From an uncultured Gemmatimonadales bacterium (lineage in GTDB: Bacteria > Gemmatimonadota > Gemmatimonadetes > Gemmatimonadales > GWC2-71-9): a DNA stretch of 64,000 nucleotides. Shown in pieces: positions 20,432 to 33,906 of this stretch. The translations under genes were made by a program, and so were the position numbers. Position 1 is the first letter of the stretch. Each line of letters starts with the position of its first letter. The stretch lies in assembly GCA_963821385.1 (NCBI GenBank), contig CAWGDK010000005.1, forward strand, positions 488,907 through 552,906, read 5' to 3'. The notes below the pieces were generated by a model, which did not search any database, was not told the DNA's origin, and saw nothing but the letters and a program-made list of their open reading frames with translations.

Positions 20432-21019
20432 TCATCCCGATAGCGCGGACTGAAGCTTGGCAAAGTACCACAGCCAGCCCAGGATTTGTGTCGCGACCGA
20501 GATGGCTTGCAGCCATGGCGTTCTGATGAAAATGGCCGCGATTCCCGTGGCGACCGTCATGGGAATGATGACGAGATTCTGGGCTGGCCATTGCACGGCA
20601 CTTCCCCCTTGCCCCAGGCCGGCGTTCGTTATGATGGTCACCACGGAGAGGATGGTATAGGCGACAAGGTACTTGCGGCCTTCTTCGGCGTGGAATGCCC
20701 GCAGGTCAATCTCGCCTCGCTCAGGGATGCGCGGCGACACCAAACGCGCATTCAGGTAGATCCCGGCCGCGACCGAGAAGTAGAACGCAATCGAACCGAC
20801 GCTCCAGACTTCTACGGTATGCAAATCCCACAAGCCGATCCACCACGCGCAGGTGAACAGCAGGACGGCGCACATCCAGCCCGCATTGAACCACGACAGG
20901 CGGACTCGCTTCGACGCGATGATGATTTCACCTGCCACGGAAAGGATGTGGGTGATCGCTGCGGCATAGACGAAGGACAACAGCAGCAGGACGAACTCAT
21001 ACGCGTGCATTCGCGGCAA
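20432..21019 (-). CDS. hypothetical integral membrane protein (about 6 TM helices)
   Basis: ORF 20432..21019 (195 aa), strongly hydrophobic, sitting in locally lower GC than its surroundings. No family recognised. Confidence 0.55.
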   Translation of the reverse strand: MPRMHAYEFVLLLLSFVYAAAITHILSVAGEIIIASKRVRLSWFNAGWMCAVLLFTCAWWIGLWDLHTVEVWSVGSIAFYFSVAAGIYLNARLVSPRIPERGEIDLRAFHAEEGRKYLVAYTILSVVTIITNAGLGQGGSAVQWPAQNLVIIPMTVATGIAAIFIRTPWLQAISVATQILGWLWYFAKLQSALSG

Positions 21020-21153
21020 CCTCCTCGCCTGCGGTCGTCAGGCACGTTTCACGACGTGCGCGTAGAGATGATGGTGTGGACATCGCCCAAATCTTGTCAA
21101 GACGCGTGTTGCTTGCTCGCCGACCGCCGCGGCTACATGATCCGCTCCACCGA

Positions 21154-22395
21154 ATGGAAACATCCCACGCCATTGTCCAGCGCCGCACCCTGCGGCTGCT
21201 GTTCGCGACCCAGATCGTCAGCGGAATGGGCGTGTCGATCGGGTCTTCGGTCGGTGCACTGCTGGCCGCCGACCTGGCCGGCGTCGGGCTGTCGGGTCTC
21301 GCGCAAAGCGCCGTCGTCATTGGCGCCGCCCTGGCGGCCATCCCGGCAACGGCGATCGTGCATCAGCACGGACGCCGCCCCAGCCTGGCGGCCGCGTATG
21401 GCGTCGCGGCCGTTGGTGCGCTGCTCGTCGTCGTCGCGGCCGCGCGCGGCGCACTGCCGCTTCTCTTCCTCGGCTTTTTCCTGTTCGGTGGGGCGTCGGC
21501 GGCCAATCTCCAGGCCCGCTACGCCGCCGTGGATCTGGCGCCACCGTTGCTGCGCGGACGGCACCTCGCGATCATCGTGTGGGCCACGACGATCGGCGCG
21601 GTGGCGGGACCGCATCTCGCCGCTCCGGCCGGCGCCGCGCTGTCGCGGTTCGGCATCCCGACGCTCGCGGCGCCGTTCTTCTTCTCCGCCCTCCTTTTCA
21701 TTCTTGCGGCGCTCGCCCTCCTGGCCCTGCTGCGTCCGGACCCCGCGCTGCTGGCCGGAACGGCGGGGGGAACCGGGAGCGCACAACGGCGCCTGCGCGA
21801 CGGGCTGCGCGCCATCGCCGCGAGCAGACCGGCCGTCCTGGGCGTCACGGCCATGGCCGTCGGGCACATGGTGATGGTCGGGATCATGGCGATGACGCCG
21901 GTCCACATTCGCGGCGCGGGACATGACGCGGCCCATACGCTGCGCATCGTCGGCGTGGTGATCAGCGTGCACATCGCGGGGATGTACGCCTTCGCGCCAC
22001 TCATCGGCTGGCTGACGGATCGACTCGGCCGCCGGCCCATCATCGTCGCGAGCATCGTGTTGCTGCTCGCCGCGTGTGCGGTGGCCGGCAGCGCCGGCTA
22101 CGACAGCGCGCGTCTGGGCGGCGCGCTCATGCTGGTGGGCCTGGGCTGGTCGTGCACCATGGTGGCGGGCTCCACCCTGCTGAGCGAATCGGTGCCGCTC
22201 GAGCTGCGCGCGTCCGCCCAGGGGTTGTCCGACCTGACGATGGGATTGGCGGGCGCCTCCGCTGGCGCCCTCTCAGGACTGGTGGTGCATGCCTGGGGAT
22301 ATCCGGTGCTGGCCCTCGCCGCCGCGATCGCGACCGTGCCGTTGATCGTACTGGTATTCGCGATCCGCCCCGAGGGACGGCGAGGCCCTGGCTAG
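21154..22395 (+). CDS. MFS transporter
   Basis: ORF 21076..22395 with the likely start METSHAIV at 21154. It has 12 hydrophobic segments. The typical MFS loop GWLTDRLGRRP lies in the second half of the protein (loop 8-9 position). Confidence 0.85.
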   Translation: METSHAIVQRRTLRLLFATQIVSGMGVSIGSSVGALLAADLAGVGLSGLAQSAVVIGAALAAIPATAIVHQHGRRPSLAAAYGVAAVGALLVVVAAARGALPLLFLGFFLFGGASAANLQARYAAVDLAPPLLRGRHLAIIVWATTIGAVAGPHLAAPAGAALSRFGIPTLAAPFFFSALLFILAALALLALLRPDPALLAGTAGGTGSAQRRLRDGLRAIAASRPAVLGVTAMAVGHMVMVGIMAMTPVHIRGAGHDAAHTLRIVGVVISVHIAGMYAFAPLIGWLTDRLGRRPIIVASIVLLLAACAVAGSAGYDSARLGGALMLVGLGWSCTMVAGSTLLSESVPLELRASAQGLSDLTMGLAGASAGALSGLVVHAWGYPVLALAAAIATVPLIVLVFAIRPEGRRGPG

Positions 22396-22397
22396 AG

Positions 22398-25160
22398 TTA
22401 CTCGGGCTGCGGCCTTCCGAGGGTCGCCTGCAACTGCCGCAACACTTCGCCGAGCCGGGCGAGCTCCGTACCGTACCGCGCCCAGTCGCCGGCGCGCTGC
22501 GCCGCGACGGCGCTCTGGTACAACTGGACCGCTTGGCGCGTGAGATCTGCGGCGCGACCGTCGCCGCCGACGACGGGAGATGGCTGGCCCGCCACCGCGG
22601 CGGCGGGGGGAGCCGCCGCACCGGAGAACAACCGCGCCAACCCGGCCTCGAGCGTCTCCTCCATCACGACCTGGTTTTGGTAGGCGACGACGACGCGCTT
22701 CAGCTCGGGAATGCCCCCGCCCTCGGCCCGCAGATAGATCGGCTGCACATAGATGAGCGACGCCTCGATGGGGATGACCAGCAAATTGCCGCGGATCACT
22801 TCGGAGCCGCGCTGGTCCCAGAGCGAGACCTGGCGGGAGATCTCGGGATCCTGGCTGATCCGGTTGACGATCTGCGCCGGCCCGTACACGAGGCTCTGTT
22901 TGGGGAAGCGATACACGACCAACTGGCCGTAGTGCTCCCCGTCGTTGCGCGCCACCATCCACGAGGCCAGGTTGTCCTTGCCGCTCGGCGTGAACGGTGC
23001 CATGAAGATGAATTCCGCTTGCCGCTCCTCGGGCAGCCGCAGCACGATGTGGCGCAGGAAGGGATCCCGCTGTTCACCCGAGCGCGACAGCACCGGCCGC
23101 TGCCACTGGTCCTCACGGTGGTAGAAGATGTCCGGCTCCGCCATGTGGTACGTCGCGTACATATCGGTCTGCATCCGGAACAGATCCTCGGGATAGCGCA
23201 GGTGCGCGCGCAGGTCCGCCGGCATCGCGTCGAGCGGCTGGAAGATGCCGGGGAACACCTGTGCCAGGGTGTGCGCCAGCGGATCGGCCGGGTCGGCCAG
23301 GTAGGCCGTGACGGTGCCCTCGTAGGCGTCGATCACCACCTTCACGCTGTTGCGGACGTAGTTCGTGCCGTCGGCGACCGACTCCGCGTACGGGTAGCGG
23401 CTGGTCGCGGTATAGCCATCGAGGATCCAGCGGAGCCGGCCCGAATCCCCGACCACGAGATAGGGGTCGCCGTCGAACGCCAGGAACGGCAGCACCGTGC
23501 GCGCCCGCTCCCGGATGTTCCGGATGTACAGCGCGCGACTGTCATTGGTGATGTCGCTCGACAGCAGCACGTTCAGGGAGCCGAAATACGTCGCCAGCAC
23601 CAGCCGGCGCAGCCACGAGCCGACCCGGACGCCGCCGGTGCCTCCGTAGGAAGCGTAGATGTTGTCGTCGCCCGAGGGGTAGTCGAACTCCTTCTGGCGG
23701 GTATGGGCGAACACCCAGGAATCGGTGAGCTCGCCGTAGTAGATCTCCGGACGCGTCACCCGCAATGACACGGTCGACACCGGCGGCAGATTCTTGATGA
23801 ACAGGACCGGCAGCCCCTCCGGGGTCACCTGGTTCACCGGGCCAAGGGTCAGTCCCATGCCGTGCGTGAAGGTGAGCCGCTCGTTGATGAACGTTCGCGT
23901 CGGCAGCGAGCCCGAGTTCAGCTCGCGCGGTGAGAGCAGCACCTGGCGGTACTTCCCGTCGATCCAGTAGCGGTCGTCATCCACCGAGACGAAGTCGTAG
24001 TAGGTGCGGATCTCCTGCAGCTGCCCGAACGTCTGCAGCAGCGGCTCGCGATCCCACAACCGGACGTTCTCGATCGTCGCCTGGTTCGCGGCGATATCCC
24101 GCTGGGTGAGCCCGGTCTCGCCGGTGAGGTCGCGCGTCACCACCTTGTCCAATCCCCAGGCCAGCCGCGTCGCGGCGATATGGGAGGCGAGCTGCGGCGT
24201 TTCCTTCGCTAACTCGTTCGGCGCCACGGCCAGCTTCTGGACGATCGCGGGGTACACGACGACGCCCAGCAGCGACACGCCCAGGTAGATCACGAACGAG
24301 AGCAGAGTGGCCGAGGCCAGGCGGTGGGTGCGGGTTCCCCACAGCACCAGCGCACCACCGGCGACCGCCGCCAGCCCGGCGAGCCGCAGGCCGATGAGCC
24401 TGGCGTGGAGATCCGCGAAACTCGCTCCCACCAGCGGCCCCGTCGTCGAGTACAGTAATCCCGGGAGCCGGACGAAGTACACGCGCAACGCCGCCAGCAG
24501 GAACAGGAGCGCGATCAATCCCGCGAGGTGCCACTGGGCCGACGGCTCCACCGTCACGTGGCGTCGTAACGCGACGACGTCTTGGCGAAACACGTACAGC
24601 ATGAGGGTCGCGAGCAGCGCGACCGTCGTGAGCACCGTGAGTAAGGTGATGGCGCTCGCCACGACCGGCACGGTGAACACGTAGTAGCCGACGTCGCGGC
24701 CAAAGACCGGATCCGTTACGCCGAACGGCGTCCGGTGCAGAAACTGGAGCAGGCCCAGCCACCCACCCGAGGCCGCCAGGCCAAACAGCAGCGCCAGGCC
24801 GAGTGCGGCCGGCAGGGCCAGACGGCGCAGCAGCCGCGTCACATCCAGCGTGCCGGCCCCCTCGGTGAACCTGAGGACCATGGGCTCTGGAACGACGCCG
24901 CGCTGGGCGAACCGCAGGTTGGCATAAAGGAAGGCGAACGCCGCGACGCCGACCCCCACACCGAGGAGCGCCTTCGCCACGAGCTGGGTCACGAACACGC
25001 GTTCGTAGCCCAGGGCCTGGAACCAGGGCCATTCCGCCGCGAGCCTGACGAGACTGGGCAGGAACAGCAGGAGGAAGACGACCACGCTGACCAACAGCAG
25101 CAGGCGGCGACGGCGCGGCCGAGCAGGTTGTAGGCGGAGTGTTGTCGGGTGAGAAGTCAT
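22398..25160 (-). CDS. UPF0182-family large membrane protein
   Basis: ORF 22398..25205 with the likely start MTSHPTT at 25160. There are ~7 N-terminal TM helices beginning ...LAAEWPWFQALGYERVF, then a ~650-aa soluble region. The size and architecture match UPF0182 (COG1615) as I recall it. Confidence 0.75.
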   Translation of the reverse strand: MTSHPTTLRLQPARPRRRRLLLLVSVVVFLLLFLPSLVRLAAEWPWFQALGYERVFVTQLVAKALLGVGVGVAAFAFLYANLRFAQRGVVPEPMVLRFTEGAGTLDVTRLLRRLALPAALGLALLFGLAASGGWLGLLQFLHRTPFGVTDPVFGRDVGYYVFTVPVVASAITLLTVLTTVALLATLMLYVFRQDVVALRRHVTVEPSAQWHLAGLIALLFLLAALRVYFVRLPGLLYSTTGPLVGASFADLHARLIGLRLAGLAAVAGGALVLWGTRTHRLASATLLSFVIYLGVSLLGVVVYPAIVQKLAVAPNELAKETPQLASHIAATRLAWGLDKVVTRDLTGETGLTQRDIAANQATIENVRLWDREPLLQTFGQLQEIRTYYDFVSVDDDRYWIDGKYRQVLLSPRELNSGSLPTRTFINERLTFTHGMGLTLGPVNQVTPEGLPVLFIKNLPPVSTVSLRVTRPEIYYGELTDSWVFAHTRQKEFDYPSGDDNIYASYGGTGGVRVGSWLRRLVLATYFGSLNVLLSSDITNDSRALYIRNIRERARTVLPFLAFDGDPYLVVGDSGRLRWILDGYTATSRYPYAESVADGTNYVRNSVKVVIDAYEGTVTAYLADPADPLAHTLAQVFPGIFQPLDAMPADLRAHLRYPEDLFRMQTDMYATYHMAEPDIFYHREDQWQRPVLSRSGEQRDPFLRHIVLRLPEERQAEFIFMAPFTPSGKDNLASWMVARNDGEHYGQLVVYRFPKQSLVYGPAQIVNRISQDPEISRQVSLWDQRGSEVIRGNLLVIPIEASLIYVQPIYLRAEGGGIPELKRVVVAYQNQVVMEETLEAGLARLFSGAAAPPAAAVAGQPSPVVGGDGRAADLTRQAVQLYQSAVAAQRAGDWARYGTELARLGEVLRQLQATLGRPQPE

Positions 25161-25251
25161 GCGAGCAAACCTAACCCAGGCACGGGGCGGCGCACGTCTA
25201 AACACCTCTTCACGGGCGCTTCATGAACCTCGACCCCGGTGAACCATTGCT

Positions 25252-26873
25252 TTGTCGGAGATGAAAGACCTCACCCGGCCTGCAGACCTCGAGTCCAAGC
25301 GGGGCACCGGCCCGACCCGCAGCCAGCGGCCGGAGTACGTAGACCTCCTGCCGCCCTGCAATGCCGCGTGTCCGGCGGGCGAGAACATCCAGGCGTGGCT
25401 GGCCCTCGCCCAGGCGGGCCGCGACCGGGAGGCGTGGCTCAAGATCCTCGACGACAATCCCCTGCCGGCGGTGCACGGCCGCGTCTGTTACCACCCGTGC
25501 GAAACCTCGTGTAATCGCACGCAGCTCGACGAATCCGTGAGCATCCATTCGGTGGAGCGGTTCCTCGGGGATCGCGCGCTCGCCGAAGGGTGGACGCCGG
25601 AGGTCGGTGCGCCGAGCGGCAAGCACGTCTTGATCGTCGGCGCGGGCCCGAGCGGGCTGTCGGCGGCCTATCACCTCGCCCGCTTCGGTCACACCGTGGA
25701 GATCCGCGACGCCGGCGCGCAAGCGGGCGGCATGATGCACTTCGGCATCCCCGCCTATCGACTGCCGCGCGACGTGCTCGATGCCGAGGTGGAGCGCATT
25801 CGCCGGTCTGGGCGTCACGATCACCCTCGACCATCGGGTGGAGGATCTCGAGCGCGAGTGGACCGACGGGGGCGTTCGACGCGGTGTTCGTCGCCGTGGG
25901 CGCGCACCTCTCCAAACGGGTGGACATTCCCGCGCAGCGACGCGGTGCGGATGGTCGACGCGTTGAGCTACCTGCGCGACGTGGAAGCCGGCGGACGCCA
26001 CCCAGGCTCGGTCGCCGGGTGGCGATCTACGGCGGCGGCAACACCGCGATGGACGCGGCGCGCACCGCGCTCAGGCTCGGGCACGAACCGCTCATCGTCT
26101 ACCGCCGCGACTACGCGCACATGCCCGCCCTGCCTTTCGAGGCCGATGAGGCGCTCGAAGAGGGCGTGAAGATCCACTGGCTGCGGAGCATCGCCTCGAT
26201 CGACGGCAGCACGCTGCACGGTCGAGGTCATGGCGATCGGTGCGGACGGGCAAGGCCGCGCGGGACCGGAGAAGTTCGAAACCCTCGAGGCCGACGCCGT
26301 GATCCTGGCCCTCGGCCAGGAGACCGACACCGCGCTTCCTGCGGGCGTGGACGGCGTCGGCGTTCGGCGCTGACGGCACGGTGGCCGTGGACGCGCGGCA
26401 TGATGACGGGCCGGCCCGGCCTCTTCGCCGGTGGCGACATGGTGCCCGCGGAGCGCTCCGTCACCGTGCGCGGTCGGTCACGGCAAGAAGGCGGCGCGGC
26501 ACATCGACGCCTGGCTCGCGCGGCAGCCGTATCACAAGGCGCCGCCACGCGGCCGCTGGCCACGCTTCGAGAAGCTGCACCTCTGGTTCACGCGGGACGT
26601 CGCACAGCGGGCGCAGGCGCGCGCGCCCCTCGCGGCGCCGTCTGCACGGCTTCGGCGAGGTCGTCGCAGGGACTGACGCGAGCCCGAGGCGCGGTTCGAG
26701 GCCGAGCGCTGCCTCTCGTGCGGCAACTGCTTCGAATGCGACGCCTGCCTCGGCGCCTGTCCGGAGGACCGCGGTCATCAAGCTGGGAACCGGCGCTCCG
26801 CTACCGGTTCGACTTCGATCGCTGCACCGGCTGCGCGATCTGCTTCGAGCAGTGCCCCTGCCACGCGATTTAG
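25252..26873 (+). pseudogene. GltD-like NAD(P)H flavin oxidoreductase with C-terminal 2x[4Fe-4S] ferredoxin domain; at least 6 frame disruptions
   Basis: Pieces are in ORFs 25252..26169 (CNAACPAGENIQ, CYHPCETSCNR, VLIVGAGPSGLSAAY), 25781..25966, 25590..26873 (VAIYGGGNTAMDAART, GLFAGGDM, FDRCTGCAICFEQCPCHAI), 26431..26676 and 26381..27226. Confidence 0.8.
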
Positions 26874-30478
<3,605 letters not shown>

Positions 30479-30486
30479 AGGGAATC

Positions 30487-31479
30487 GTGCCCGACCTGAG
30501 GACCAGCTATCTGGGTCTGCCGCTCGCGCATCCGGTCGTGGCATCGGCCTCGCCGCTTGGCAAAACGCTCGACGGCGTGCGGTCGCTGGAAGACGGCGGG
30601 GCGGCGGCCATCGTGCTGCCCTCACTGTTCGAAGAGCAGCTGATACGCGACAACGAGTCGTTCGCGCGCTACAGCGCCGTGGGTTCGGAGAGCTTTGCGG
30701 AGTCGCTGTCCTACTTTCCCGCCGTCCCGGGCGCCGCCCTCGGGCCCGACGAATACTTGAGGCTGGTCGCGGACGCCCGCGCAGCGGTGGCCGTGCCGGT
30801 GATCGCCAGTCTGAACGGGGCCAGCGAGCGCGGATGGGTCGACTTTGCCACGCTCCTGGAAGCGGCGGGGGCGCACGCGATCGAGTTGAACATCTTCTAC
30901 CTGCCGGTGGGCGCCGCGGCCACCGGGCGGGCGGTGGAGGATCGCTATGTCCAGGTCGTGCAGGCGGTGCGCAACGCCATCCACATCCCCCTGGCCGTGA
31001 AGCTCAGCCCCTACTTCAGCGCTTTCGGAGAGATGGCGGCCCGCCTGGTGACCGCCGGGGCCAACGGTCTGGTTCTCTTCAACCGGTTCTACCAGCCCGA
31101 CTTCGATCTCGAGCGACTCGAGGTCGTGCCGAACCTCGAGCTCAGCTCGCCGATCGAGATCCGGCTGCCGCTGCTCTGGATCGCGGTGCTGCGCGGGCGC
31201 CTCCAGGCGTCCATCGCCGCCACGAGCGGAGTCCACGCGCCCGCCGAAGTGGTGAAATACCTGCTCGCGGGCGCGGATGCGGTGATGACGACGTCCGCGC
31301 TCCTGCGCCATGGGCCGATGCACCTGCGAACCCTGGTGGACGGGCTGGTCGCCTGGATGGAGAGCCACCGGTACGAGTCCGTGGCCCAGATGCGCGGGGC
31401 CATGAGCCAGCAGAACGTCAGCGATCCCGAAGCGTTCGAGCGGGCGAACTACGTGAGGATCCTGCAGAGCTGGCGGTAG
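30487..31479 (+). CDS. dihydroorotate-dehydrogenase-like (class 1 DHOD/DPD PreA-like TIM-barrel) flavoprotein
   Basis: Last 330 aa of ORF 29401..31479, from the GTG at 30487. Motifs: YLGLPLAHPVVASASPL, IELNIF, PLAVKLSPYF, NGLVLFNRFYQPD, GVHAPAEVVKYLLAGADAVM. Confidence 0.8.
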   Translation: MPDLRTSYLGLPLAHPVVASASPLGKTLDGVRSLEDGGAAAIVLPSLFEEQLIRDNESFARYSAVGSESFAESLSYFPAVPGAALGPDEYLRLVADARAAVAVPVIASLNGASERGWVDFATLLEAAGAHAIELNIFYLPVGAAATGRAVEDRYVQVVQAVRNAIHIPLAVKLSPYFSAFGEMAARLVTAGANGLVLFNRFYQPDFDLERLEVVPNLELSSPIEIRLPLLWIAVLRGRLQASIAATSGVHAPAEVVKYLLAGADAVMTTSALLRHGPMHLRTLVDGLVAWMESHRYESVAQMRGAMSQQNVSDPEAFERANYVRILQSWR

Positions 31480-31517
31480 GGTGGTCCGAGAGGAAGGATC
31501 GGTGCATCGCGAGGCAA

Positions 31518-31567
31518 AGCAGGCCCTTCGCTACGCGCGCGTGCCGCGCGCTTCGCTCAGGATGACA
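31518..31567. repeat. single arm of the GTCATCCTGAGCG / CGAAGGACCTGC repeat family
   Basis: The sequence is agcaggcccttcgctacgcgcgcgtgccgcgcgcttcgctcaggatgaca. It matches the arms at 33339, 35207 and 37258 (same orientation) and at 35146, 35384 and 37124 (inverted). Confidence 0.7.
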
Positions 31568-31598
31568 CGCGCGTCTGGTCACACAAAAAAATAAAGGG

Positions 31599-31617
31599 GG
31601 GTTAGTCGCCCTAACCC
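31599..31617. terminator. short hairpin between convergent genes (possible bidirectional terminator)
   Basis: The hairpin is gggttag-tcgcc-ctaaccc, preceded by aaaaaaataaa. It overlaps the stop of the ADH gene. Confidence 0.3.
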
Positions 31618-32652
31618 AGGACTGCGACCGTCACGCCGACCCCGGGGAACGCATCCATCGCGGCGAGCTCAGCACCGACCTGCGAGAGGTCAATCGTTTT
31701 TCCCAACAGTTTTTCAGGATGGAGCCGTCCCTTGGTGATCAACTCCAGCATCCCAACGTATTCCCTCGCCTGCAGCCCGTGCGTCCCCCGGATTTCTAGC
31801 TCCCGCGCGATCACCTGACTCATCGGCACGGGCGGCTCGCTCTCACGGCCGAGGAGCAGCCCGACCTGGATGTGCCGGCCCCGCTTCCTGAGTGAGAGGA
31901 TCGAATTGCGGCAGGTGGCGGGGCTGCCGAGGGCATCGATCGAGACGTGGGCGCCGCCTCCCGTCAGCTCCCGGATCGCGCCCGGCACATCCGCTGTCGC
32001 CTTCGCATCGATCACGATTTCGGCGCCACAGGCGCGGGCCAGCGCGAGTTTGTCCGCGGCGATGTCGACGCCGATCACGCGCGCATCGAGCGCGCGCGCG
32101 ATCATGATGGCCGAGAGGCCCACGCCGCCGCAGCCGTGCACGGCCACCCATTCGCCGGGCTGCGTGCGGCCCTGCCCCACCACGGCGCGGTACGCCGTCG
32201 CGAAGCGGCACCCCAACAGCGCGGCGGTCGTGAAGGTCATGGCATCGGGGAGGCGCACCAGGTTCACGTCGGCGTACGGGAGGGCGACGAACTCCGCGAA
32301 GCGTGCCCCAGCCGGTGAAGCCCGGCTGGTAGTAGCGATCGCAGATCTGCTCGTCGCCCGCGCAGCAGCGCTCGCACGTGCCACATCCCATCGAGAACGG
32401 GACGGTGATCCGGTCGCCCTGTTTCCATTTGCGTACGTCTTTGCCCGTCTCGATCACGGTGCCGGCGAATTCGTGTCCCGGGACGTGCGGGACTTTCACG
32501 TCGGCATCGTGGCCTTTCCATCCGTGCCAGTCGGATCGGCACAGGCCCGAGGCTCCCACTTTGACGACGACGCCATCGGGCGGCGGCGTGGGATCAGGGA
32601 CGTCGACCAGACGCAGCGGACCTTCGAAGGCGTCGTAGCGAACGGCTTTCAT
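31611..32652 (-). pseudogene. zinc-dependent alcohol dehydrogenase (MDR family), one frame disruption near 32300
   Basis: ORF 31843..32652 ([36 protein letters not shown]) joins ORF 31611..32384 (FAEFVALPY..., [15 protein letters not shown]). Confidence 0.85.
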
Positions 32653-33284
32653 TTGCCTTGCTCGCGGTGTTCATGGACGGCGCGCCAGCAATACCAGGCG
32701 GCCACCGTCCGGTACGGCCGAAACCGTTCGCCCAGGGCCTCCAGCCGCTTGGGAGTCGGGATCTTGCGCAGACCGTAGGCGAGCGAATAGCCCAGCCGCA
32801 CACCGTAATCGCCCACCGGCCACACGTCCAAGCGGCGCAACTGAAAGATCAGAAACATCTCCGCCGTCCAGCGGCCGATGCCCCGCACCAGGGAAAGGCG
32901 CGTGATGATGTCCTCGTCCGAGCGCCGGCCGATGCCCCACAGTGGGACCGTCCCATCCGTCACCTTGGCGGCCAGATCGCGGAGCGAGGCCACCTTGCTG
33001 CGCGACAGCCCCACGGTGCGGAGCCGCCGCGGGTGCGTGGCCAGGACCGCTTCCGGAACCGGCTTCCCGTCGAACAGCGCGCAAAAACGCCCGTGGATCG
33101 CGGCCGCCGCGGCACCGGCGAGCTGCTGGTAATGGATGCTCTCCGCCAGGGCGAAAAAGTGGCTGCGGCCCGTTTGCGGCAGATGAAAGGGACCGGTCCG
33201 CTTCATGAGACCGGCCATTACGCGATCACGGCGGGCGATGGCCGCAGCCGCCGTCGAGAATGTGGTCTTCCGGTCTCGCGCCAT
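32649..33284 (-). CDS. HhH-GPD DNA glycosylase (DNA-3-methyladenine glycosylase II / AlkA-like)
   Basis: ORF 32649..33284 (211 aa). Motifs: GLSRSKVASLRDLA, LSLVRGIGRWTAEMFLIF, DVWPVGDYGVR. The start overlaps the ADH gene's end by 4 nt. Confidence 0.8.
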   Translation of the reverse strand: MARDRKTTFSTAAAAIARRDRVMAGLMKRTGPFHLPQTGRSHFFALAESIHYQQLAGAAAAAIHGRFCALFDGKPVPEAVLATHPRRLRTVGLSRSKVASLRDLAAKVTDGTVPLWGIGRRSDEDIITRLSLVRGIGRWTAEMFLIFQLRRLDVWPVGDYGVRLGYSLAYGLRKIPTPKRLEALGERFRPYRTVAAWYCWRAVHEHREQGK

Positions 33285-33338
33285 TCTCCCAGTTTAGCAT
33301 CTTCTAGAGGGCCAACGAACGACCTCTAGCCTCCCAAA

Positions 33339-33885
33339 AGCAGGTCCTTCGCTGCGCGCGCCTGCGGCGCGCTCCGCTCAGGATGACAAGCGCTCGCTCG
33401 GGCGAGTAGAGAAAAAAAAGAGAAGAAGGAAGCGGAGGATTTGTGCTCTTGTCTGCAAGGAAATGATCACAGTGGCAAACGCAACACCGCGTATCCGTGT
33501 GGCGCATGCGCACCTTCTACGTGTACATCCTGGCGAGTCGGTCCCGGGTGTTGTATGTCGGTGTCACCAATGACCTCGCGCGACGGGTGAATGAGCACAA
33601 GCAGGGCTTAGTCCTTGGGTTCACAACCAGGTATCGCGTCACCCGACTGGTTTACTTCTCGGAGTTCGCGGACATTCGGGACGCGATTGCGCGCGAGAAA
33701 GAGATCAAGGGTTGGGTGAGGTCGCGGAAGACCCGGCTGATCGAAGGCAGGAACCCCACCTGGGAAGATCTCTCCTTTCTCTTTTCCTAACCAACGCCGA
33801 AGCGCTGTCGCTCGCTCGGGTGAGCAGAAAAGAAGATAGACAGGAAGTGGAAGACCTTTCCCCGTTTCCTCCTTCTTTCTCAATG
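33339..33885 (+). mobile_element. putative autonomous copy of a GIY-YIG-encoding palindromic element
   Basis: The layout is: core arm, gctcgctcggg, polypurine tract, GIY-YIG ORF, polypyrimidine tract, gccgaagcg. The left flank is cgctcaggatgacaagcgctcgctcgggcgagtagagaaaaaaaagagaagaagg...ctgcaaggaaatgat. The right flank is ctcctttctcttttcctaaccaacgccgaagcg. The flanks are inverted copies of each other. An ORF-less version lies at 35207-35455. Confidence 0.45.
33506..33790 (+). CDS. GIY-YIG nuclease family protein (UPF0213-like, ~94 aa)
   Basis: ORF 33497..33790. Motifs: FYVYILASRSRVLYVGVTNDLARRVNEHK ... EKEIKGW. Confidence 0.85.
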   Translation: MRTFYVYILASRSRVLYVGVTNDLARRVNEHKQGLVLGFTTRYRVTRLVYFSEFADIRDAIAREKEIKGWVRSRKTRLIEGRNPTWEDLSFLFS

Positions 33886-33906
33886 ACGCGAGCCAGGGAC
33901 CTGTTA